NCBI RefSeq assembly: GCF_000260965.1
Contig: NC_017856.1
Coordinates: 2,460,001-2,492,000 of the forward strand
Direction of reading: 5' to 3'
Origin: Methylophaga frappieri
GTDB taxonomy: Bacteria > Pseudomonadota > Gammaproteobacteria > Nitrosococcales > Methylophagaceae
DNA length: 32,000 nt
Below the pieces are notes generated by a model. That model was not told the origin of the DNA, searched no databases, and was given only the letters and a program-made list of their open reading frames with translations. A program made the position numbers and the translations under genes. Below are positions 7,184-13,401 of the stretch, piece after piece. The first letter of the stretch is position 1; every line of letters starts with the position of its first letter.

Positions 7184-9685
7184 ATGGCTTTGACTGATCC
7201 CGTATTTCAATGGCTTGCCTATGAGTTGGCCGCAATCTTTGGCTTATTATTACTTTGGCTATTGGTCAGAATGGCACGTCAGAATAAGCAAATGCGGAAT
7301 GACAGCGCGAAAACAGTCAAGCTTATCAAGCAAAAGCGCGAAGGCCGCCGTCAACAATTGGCTGTCATGTTGCAAACGCAGTATCAGCTTAGTGGTCAGG
7401 ATCTAGAAACAGAAGTAGAGGCGCTTCAGCAACAGGAACGAACCCTGCATAAAAACCTGATGGCGATGTTCGTAAACCAAGATGGCAAATTACTGCATGC
7501 CATGCCAGACCAAGTCGAATCATTACTGAACGCCGGTCTTAATTTACTGCCTGTAAAACAACCTGATACCAGTCAACAACAGGTGCGGGAATTAGCCGCG
7601 GAAAATGCCGAACTGACAGCAATGGTCACACAGCTCCGCCAACAACTGGACGTGTTGCAAAACGAAACAGAGGCGGCGCAAGCTGAGCTTGGTGACGACG
7701 TATCCGATGAGAATGTGCAAACAAATTTAGAATCTGAGCCTGAAATAGAGATTACCGCCGAGAGTCTGGAGACAGATGAAACGCAAATGTTGTATTCAGA
7801 TGAAGTGGAACAGCTGCTGGATGGATTTGACGTTGAGCTTACCGACGCAGAGCAATCTGAGCAAAGCAGCTTACAAAATGAGGCAACAACAGATGAAAAT
7901 ATGGGCGCAGACCAGAGGCAGGCAGCGCAACCAGCAACAATATCATCCGAACAAGCAGAGACCGCGATTCCAACTATAACTGAATCAACGCAGGCGATGG
8001 CAGATAGCGATCAGCAATTAGACGCAGAACAAGCTGCGGACGACAAGATATTGCCAACGCCGAAAACGAAACGCAGTCTGACAGACTATGCAAAAAGTAA
8101 CTGGCAGCCGAACGTGCCGGATATTTACGGTAAGTCCTTACCAAGTAACGCCAATGCTTCCGAGCCTGTTCAAGACACGTCAACCAAACCGGTTAAAAAA
8201 GGCTTACAGCAGTTTGCGAATAGGCAGTGGAATCCGACCCCACCCCCGGTTTATGGACTAAACACGTCGACTCATAGTCAAACAGCTGAGTCAGCGTCTG
8301 ACCTGCCAGAATCACAAATAACCGTGAATCAGGAACCAAGCTTCGCTATTGCTGAAGAGTGGGTTGAGTTGGATGAAGTTGACTTGAAACAGCCAACTGA
8401 CAACACTCTTGCCGAAGCCGAAGCCGAAGCCGAAGCCGAAGCCGAAGCCGAAGCCGAAGCCGAAGCCGAAGCCGAAGCCGAAGCCGAAGCCGAAGCCGAA
8501 GCCGAAGCCGAAGCCGAAGCCGAAGCCGAAGCCGAAGCCGAAGCCGAAGCCGAAGCCGAAGCCGAAGCCGAAGCCGAAGCCGCGCATCAGACTGAAGCAG
8601 AACGCCTGTCAGAGCTGATGGCGGTTAGCGCAGAAACAGTATCCAATGAGGAGATACCTGACCAGCAGGTGCTGCCAGCAAAGATCGATCAGGAGAAAAC
8701 CGATCTTAACCTGGAACGTCTTCGCTCGAGATTAAGAGAAAGAACGGCGGCCTTGCGCACGGCAAAGCCAGCAATAGCTGAAACAAGCCCAGATGCTACG
8801 GCACTAACAAGTCAAGCAGAGACAGACAACATAGCGCAATTCGCATATCAGCGAAACAACAATGTTGCTGACGATCACCAGGATGATGAAATTACACCAG
8901 CCAAAACCTCATTGACATCGCATGGCTTCGATCCGGTTAATCAAGACAATAGTGAAGACACGTTAGCCGTTGTCTCGGAGACTGAATGGCCATCGCCGCC
9001 GCAACCAGACTTCAGAGACAGTGGCCAGGAAGTATTGCAACAGCCGGTAGATGACACTGTGCCCTCAGCCACAGACTCAGCAAGTGCGACGCAGCAACTT
9101 GACACAATGACGGATTTTAACCCGCCGGAAATGACTGATCAGACAATCGAAAGCGATGTTAATCGGGGAGAGGCCGTGGCAACTGGAGATGTCACTTTCC
9201 CTTCGCAGGAGGATGCGGTATTTGAACAAGAAAATAAACCTAGCGACCAGCACCTGACGAAAGGGGAGATGTCAGAAAAGTCCATAGATTCACAACAAAA
9301 CGAGCCGCAAGATCCTTTTTCTGCCGCAGTGGCGGCTGAAAAAGCAGCAGCTGAAGCTGAGCGGGAAGAGACGTTATCAGGGATGGCACTGTATAACGAA
9401 AAGGATATGCCGGCGTTGCCAGAGCATGCAGCGATGGCTGATTTAGTTAAAGAAATGAGTGATTTGCAGAAACAGTCGGGGGCGTCAGTTGATGGTAAGG
9501 ATCTGGATTCAGCCGCAGAGGTGCCGTTGCCAGATAGCGAAACAACCCAAAAACTGATGGCAGAAATCAAGTCTTTGCAGCAGTCATCCGCATTTCAATC
9601 AATACCGGAGAAAAGTAAGCAGGATTTACAACAGATCCTATCGCACATTCCACGATTTGCCGGTAAGGATCAGACGGGAGATTAG
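7184..9685 (+). CDS. N-terminally anchored, coiled-coil, hyper-acidic low-complexity protein (unknown function)
   Basis: Its ATG directly abuts the VWA gene's TAA (7181-7183). TM AAIFGLLLLWLLV is followed by RMARQNKQMR, so positive-inside predicts a cytoplasmic bulk. Heptad-like Q/L/E stretch over roughly aa 60-170. The remaining ~650 aa are rich in D/E/Q/T/S/A and include (AE)28. No catalytic motif recognised. Confidence 0.75.
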   Translation: MALTDPVFQWLAYELAAIFGLLLLWLLVRMARQNKQMRNDSAKTVKLIKQKREGRRQQLAVMLQTQYQLSGQDLETEVEALQQQERTLHKNLMAMFVNQDGKLLHAMPDQVESLLNAGLNLLPVKQPDTSQQQVRELAAENAELTAMVTQLRQQLDVLQNETEAAQAELGDDVSDENVQTNLESEPEIEITAESLETDETQMLYSDEVEQLLDGFDVELTDAEQSEQSSLQNEATTDENMGADQRQAAQPATISSEQAETAIPTITESTQAMADSDQQLDAEQAADDKILPTPKTKRSLTDYAKSNWQPNVPDIYGKSLPSNANASEPVQDTSTKPVKKGLQQFANRQWNPTPPPVYGLNTSTHSQTAESASDLPESQITVNQEPSFAIAEEWVELDEVDLKQPTDNTLAEAEAEAEAEAEAEAEAEAEAEAEAEAEAEAEAEAEAEAEAEAEAEAEAEAEAEAEAAHQTEAERLSELMAVSAETVSNEEIPDQQVLPAKIDQEKTDLNLERLRSRLRERTAALRTAKPAIAETSPDATALTSQAETDNIAQFAYQRNNNVADDHQDDEITPAKTSLTSHGFDPVNQDNSEDTLAVVSETEWPSPPQPDFRDSGQEVLQQPVDDTVPSATDSASATQQLDTMTDFNPPEMTDQTIESDVNRGEAVATGDVTFPSQEDAVFEQENKPSDQHLTKGEMSEKSIDSQQNEPQDPFSAAVAAEKAAAEAEREETLSGMALYNEKDMPALPEHAAMADLVKEMSDLQKQSGASVDGKDLDSAAEVPLPDSETTQKLMAEIKSLQQSSAFQSIPEKSKQDLQQILSHIPRFAGKDQTGD
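8411..8578 (+). repeat. Perfect hexanucleotide microsatellite (GCCGAA)x28, in frame, encoding (Ala-Glu)28
   Basis: Counted directly from the sequence: 168 nt with no interruption, followed by GCC GCG. Position 8411 is codon phase 1 of the 7184 ORF. Confidence 0.99.
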
Positions 9686-9757
9686 CTGCCGGCAGAAAAG
9701 CACCCGCCAGAAATCGGAATTTGTTAAAATTCGCCACTGTTTTCTGCTGGATTTCCT

Positions 9758-11092
9758 ATGACTGAAAAGATTCATGATGTTGCCATTGTCGGCGGCGGTG
9801 TGTGCGGGACAGCCCTGCTTTACATGTTAGCTGAATATACGGATATCACTGATATCGTGCTGGTTGAGAAGTATGACAGTGTAGCCAAAGTTAATTCACA
9901 CAGTCGCAATAATAGTCAAACCATCCATTGCGGTGATATCGAGACCAATTACACATTGGAAAAAGCGACCAAGGTAAAAGCCGCTGCCAATATGTTGATT
10001 AAATTTGCTGCCAGTCTGCCGGAAGCAGGCCGGATAATTTTTAAATACCCCAAAATGGTAATTGGTGTGGGCGAAAGTCAATGCCGACAATTACGCCAGC
10101 GGTATCAGAGTTTTCGAGACGTGTTTCCAGCAATGAAACTGTTAGAAAAGTCGGATATTGTCGGGGTTGAACCGAACGTAGTGATGGTTAACGGCAGTAT
10201 GCGACCAGAGCCGTGTGTGGCGCTGGCGGTGCTGGATGATTACAGTGCGGTTGACTATCAACAACTCTCTCAAGCGTTTGTCCGTGAAGCACAGAAAGCA
10301 AGCAATAAGTCACTCAAGATCCAGTTCAATTGTCAGGTAGAGGATATCGTTGAACAGGATGGATTGTTTACACTGATTAGCAAAAATAACGTTATCAAAG
10401 CCCGATCAGTGGTCGTTTCTGCTGGTGGTCACAGCTTATTACTGGCACAGCAAATGGGCTATGGATTGGAATATTCCTGTCTGCCGGTGGCCGGCAGTTT
10501 TTATTTCACGCCTCAGGTACTGCGCGGCAAGGTCTATACCGTGCAAAATGATAAATTACCGTTTGCTGCCGTGCATGGTGATCCGGATGTACTGGTAGAT
10601 GGCAAAACTCGTTTTGGGCCCACAGCCTTGTTACTCCCCTTATTAGAAAGATATAACGCGAAAACCTTTGTTGAATTTCTGCGTGTGCTCAAGCTGGATG
10701 GGCGTGTCTTTAAGGTGATGTGGGATTTATTTAAAATCAAAGATATTCGCCGTTATATTGTTAAAAACTTTCTATATGAAGTGCCGATTTTACGGCGTTG
10801 GCTGTTTTTGAAAGAAGCCAGAAAAATCGTCCCTTCGCTGCAGTTTAAAGACATTTCTTTCGCCAAAGGTTTCGGTGGAATCCGTCCACAGCTAATCGAT
10901 AAAACGCATCGTAAATTGATGCTTGGCGAGGCCAAAATCAATCCGGGTACTGGCATCATTTTTAATATGACTCCATCACCCGGTGGTACAAGCTGTTTGG
11001 AAAATGCAGAAAAAGATATGCGGTTAATCAGTGCGCACCTGCAGGCGACGATCGCTGAGGAACATTTACGCCGCAATTTATATCCAGATTAA
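9758..11092 (+). CDS. mqo: FAD-dependent oxidoreductase, malate:quinone oxidoreductase-like (Helicobacter-type Mqo family)
   Basis: N-terminal dinucleotide fold DVAIVGGGVCGTA. NNSQTIHCGDIETNYTLEKA parallels the Mqo signature NNAGTGHSALxELNYT. CLPVAGSFYF...GKVYTVQNDKLPFAAVHGDPD matches my memory of the short Mqo proteins. Substrate not proven. Confidence 0.55.
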   Translation: MTEKIHDVAIVGGGVCGTALLYMLAEYTDITDIVLVEKYDSVAKVNSHSRNNSQTIHCGDIETNYTLEKATKVKAAANMLIKFAASLPEAGRIIFKYPKMVIGVGESQCRQLRQRYQSFRDVFPAMKLLEKSDIVGVEPNVVMVNGSMRPEPCVALAVLDDYSAVDYQQLSQAFVREAQKASNKSLKIQFNCQVEDIVEQDGLFTLISKNNVIKARSVVVSAGGHSLLLAQQMGYGLEYSCLPVAGSFYFTPQVLRGKVYTVQNDKLPFAAVHGDPDVLVDGKTRFGPTALLLPLLERYNAKTFVEFLRVLKLDGRVFKVMWDLFKIKDIRRYIVKNFLYEVPILRRWLFLKEARKIVPSLQFKDISFAKGFGGIRPQLIDKTHRKLMLGEAKINPGTGIIFNMTPSPGGTSCLENAEKDMRLISAHLQATIAEEHLRRNLYPD

Positions 11093-11559
11093 TGGCCAGC
11101 GCACCCTACATCACACCTGAAGGACTGTTTCAGCTCAATCAAGAGCTCAGTGAACGCTGGCAACGTCGTCGCGAAGTGGTGCGTGCGTTGGCCGCTGCAG
11201 CAGCCGAGGGTGACCGCAGTGAGAATGCAGAATATATCTATCGAAAAAAAGAATTACGAGAACTGGATAGACGCATTCGTTACTTACAAAAACGGATTCC
11301 CGACCTGACGGTTGTGCATGAACCGCCGGACGATACAGATCGGGTTTTCTTTGCTGCCACGATTCGTCTGCAAACGGAGAGTGATGAACAAGTGCAGTAT
11401 CGCATTGTTGGTCCAGATGAAATTGATCATCAAAAAGGGAATATCAGTGTTGATTCGCCCTTGGCACGGGCACTACTTGGCAAAAGCGTTAATGATGAAG
11501 CGGTGATTCAGGTGGCCGGTCAACACAAGCAATTTACGATTGTGACGATAACCTATTAA
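11092..11559 (+). CDS. greB: Transcription elongation factor GreB
   Basis: 155 aa. ITPEGLFQLNQEL...GDRSENAEYIYRKKELRELDRRIRYL and ISVDSPLARALLGK are collinear with E. coli GreB. The ATG overlaps the upstream stop (TAATG at 11090-11094). Confidence 0.9.
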   Translation: MASAPYITPEGLFQLNQELSERWQRRREVVRALAAAAAEGDRSENAEYIYRKKELRELDRRIRYLQKRIPDLTVVHEPPDDTDRVFFAATIRLQTESDEQVQYRIVGPDEIDHQKGNISVDSPLARALLGKSVNDEAVIQVAGQHKQFTIVTITY

Positions 11560-11609
11560 GTGGCTTTCAGCCACCACATGCCTGTAACCAGCGTCTATTC
11601 ATTTCGTTA

Positions 11610-11918
11610 TTAAACAGACTTTGAACGATATATTTTGCGACATGGCTTGATACGCCAGATGACTTTGCCAACAATTTGCTGACGATTGACGCTGCCGAGT
11701 TTGGCTGCACTGGTGCTGGCAACCAGATTGTCGCCTTCAAGAAAATAGTTATCTAAGTGGTGCTCGCGAACACGTTTAATAATTCGCCCATAATTTGGAT
11801 GGTTGGCAACGATGACATCGTCTTTTTTGATGCGCCCCCAGCACCACAACATGACGAAATCGCCATGCTGTAGTCCTGGGTGCATACTGTCACCGGTAAC
11901 GCGGATTAATTTAAGCAT
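11610..11918 (-). CDS. sodX: Nickel-type superoxide dismutase maturation protease SodX (S26 signal-peptidase-like)
   Basis: 102 aa. Catalytic Ser motif GDSMHP and the downstream Lys region RIIKRV. Overlaps the sodN stop by 8 nt (ATGCTTAA). Confidence 0.85.
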   Translation of the reverse strand: MLKLIRVTGDSMHPGLQHGDFVMLWCWGRIKKDDVIVANHPNYGRIIKRVREHHLDNYFLEGDNLVASTSAAKLGSVNRQQIVGKVIWRIKPCRKIYRSKSV

Positions 11919-12417
11919 TCAGCTTTGGGTAAACCACGCTTTCACTTGGTAGGAATGGGCAGGTTGCTGAGTAGGTTTCGACGGATTTGGTCGCCCAGAA
12001 TGCAGCCGCAAACTCATTGATAAGACTTAATAAATCCAGACCTTTATCGCGCTCGATACCTTGTTTGCAGGCAGAGCCCGCCAGCATGATTTTATGTGCC
12101 AATTCGTGAATATGCGGAAATTGTTCAATTTGTGGTTGCTTGAAATAGTCACCCCAAATGACACGGATTTCATGCTTGGCTATTTCGGCGTGCGTTTCTT
12201 TCTCCTGCGTCAAACGAGCCAATTTCACTAAGTCTGCGCTAGAAAGGTTATCACCTGTGTCGAGTTCAGTAATTTGATCCATGAAGCGGATAACGCTCAA
12301 GGCTGCATATTGCGCACTATACGGATCATAGATCTTGCAAGGAATATCACAATGTGCGGCAGCATTTTCAATCGCATTCGCAGGGATCAACTTTGTCAGT
12401 ATTCGGTGCAATATCAT
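11911..12417 (-). CDS. sodN: Nickel-containing superoxide dismutase precursor SodN
   Basis: Ni-hook HCDIPCKIYDP follows a short propeptide ending ...NAAA. AKHEIRVIWGDYFK and FWATK match Streptomyces Ni-SOD. Start placed at ATG 12417 (AAGAGA upstream) rather than TTG 12435. Confidence 0.93.
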   Translation of the reverse strand: MILHRILTKLIPANAIENAAAHCDIPCKIYDPYSAQYAALSVIRFMDQITELDTGDNLSSADLVKLARLTQEKETHAEIAKHEIRVIWGDYFKQPQIEQFPHIHELAHKIMLAGSACKQGIERDKGLDLLSLINEFAAAFWATKSVETYSATCPFLPSESVVYPKLNA

Positions 12418-12438
12418 TTTTGATCTCTTAATCAAGGA

Positions 12439-12642
12439 TTATTGATTCTTTTTGGCTTTGATTTTTTTGTGAACGCTGTAGGCAATGGCGGACACAACGC
12501 CAACAATAGACAGGTAAAAAATCGCGTGAATCAGACCGCTGGTCCATGCACTATGGTCGTGTCCTGGATGGGCGAAAGCAGATTGCATTCCAGCAAACCA
12601 AAGCAGGGACAAGGCAGCAAGACGCTTGAATGATTGAATCAT
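12439..12642 (-). CDS. Small exported/membrane protein with His-rich motif (HPGHDH), unknown function
   Basis: 67 aa. Signal-like N-terminus ending SAFA, then HPGHDHSAW, one TM (IHAIFYLSIVGVVSAIAY) and a Lys-rich tail. Its ATG overlaps the upstream gene's stop (ATGA at 12639-12642), and it lies 21 nt upstream of the sodN ATG. Confidence 0.6.
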   Translation of the reverse strand: MIQSFKRLAALSLLWFAGMQSAFAHPGHDHSAWTSGLIHAIFYLSIVGVVSAIAYSVHKKIKAKKNQ

Positions 12643-13157
12643 GATTGACTCCTCAAGGTTAGGGGTTCAGTGAGCCGGTATTTTTCAGGCGAATGTGTCA
12701 TTGCCTTGATAATTTGCCGCGAGCGGGGCGTATCAATACCAAGCTCTTGGGTAATGTGTTTTAGCTCAATACAAACTCTACGTATCACAGTCTGAATTAA
12801 CAAGTCATGTTGGTGTGTTTTTTCCTGATGCTGGTGCGTTTCCAGCAGGGTAGCATGTAATGCCTGATAGGTCGTGAGTGCCAAATCCATGTCTTTTTGA
12901 CGAAAATACAAATCGGCCAGATTTTGGTAACTAATGGCCAGCATAGACAGGCTTGTGTCGTTGTAATCAATCATGACGTTCATTTGCATGGCAAGTTGGC
13001 AAGCAGCAAGGTAATAGCTTTTTGCAGGTTGATAGTGCTGTTTTTGATAAGCATGGTTGCCATCGTTAATGGTGTTTTTCCATCGTTGAGAAATGGCATC
13101 AGCATCTGCGTGGGATGACTGGCTAAAGTTAGGCAACTGGGCTGAAATCTTTTCCAT
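12639..13157 (-). CDS. Helical (TPR-like) His/Gln-rich hypothetical protein, first gene of the Ni-SOD operon
   Basis: 172 aa. Helical-repeat-looking segments (AYQKQHYQPAKSYYLAACQLA, ISYQNLADLYFRQKDMDLALTTYQAL) and a His-rich patch ETHQHQEKTHQHD. Coding status rests on length and the operon overlap. RBS is weak. Confidence 0.55.
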   Translation of the reverse strand: MEKISAQLPNFSQSSHADADAISQRWKNTINDGNHAYQKQHYQPAKSYYLAACQLAMQMNVMIDYNDTSLSMLAISYQNLADLYFRQKDMDLALTTYQALHATLLETHQHQEKTHQHDLLIQTVIRRVCIELKHITQELGIDTPRSRQIIKAMTHSPEKYRLTEPLTLRSQS

Positions 13158-13342
13158 CTCGAATTCGACGAATTAAAACAAGGAATTAGCATTGTGGTAG
13201 AAATTTTCACTAAAGGCAAATGATTCTTATTTATATTTTTGTTAAGCTGCAGTTCCTGGTCGGAACCTGCTACATAACGATCCTGATTAAGAGCGGATAA
13301 GGAAAAGCGCTGCTTAACAGGAATATCTCTCGTGTCAATCAA

Positions 13343-13358
13343 ATGACAAGCTTGTCAT
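13343..13358. promoter_or_regulatory. Perfect 16-bp palindrome ATGACAAGCTTGTCAT (candidate operator)
   Basis: Read directly. Lies 44 nt upstream of the TonB-receptor ATG (13402), inside the 244-bp divergent region shared with the Ni-SOD operon. Confidence 0.35.
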
Positions 13359-13401
13359 GCTGTATGCTGTTGCAACCCACGCATCTGAAATTAATGGAAA
13401 A

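Noticed and set aside
8411-8578. Possible CRISPR array because of highly regular repeats
   Set aside because: The unit is only 6 nt with no spacers, it is in frame within a coding ORF, and no cas genes are nearby. It is a microsatellite.
8312-8618. Track ORFs 8312-8587 (-) encoding (GF)n and 8409-8618 (+) encoding (PK)n
   Set aside because: Both are alternative-frame or antisense readings of the same (GCCGAA)28 repeat. They lie inside the long, well-supported 7184-9685 ORF and have no independent start context.
11090-11094. TAATG overlap coupling the Mqo-like flavoprotein gene to greB as a functional link
   Set aside because: One-nucleotide stop/start overlaps are common in compact genomes. 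There is no mechanistic reason to connect the two products, so it is noted only as probable co-transcription.
13218-13234. Fur-box-like sequence AAATGATTCTTATTTAT between the Ni-SOD operon and the TonB receptor
   Set aside because: Only about 11 of 19 positions match the GATAATGATAATCATTATC consensus when aligned by eye, with poor dyad symmetry. In AT-rich DNA this is within chance expectation.
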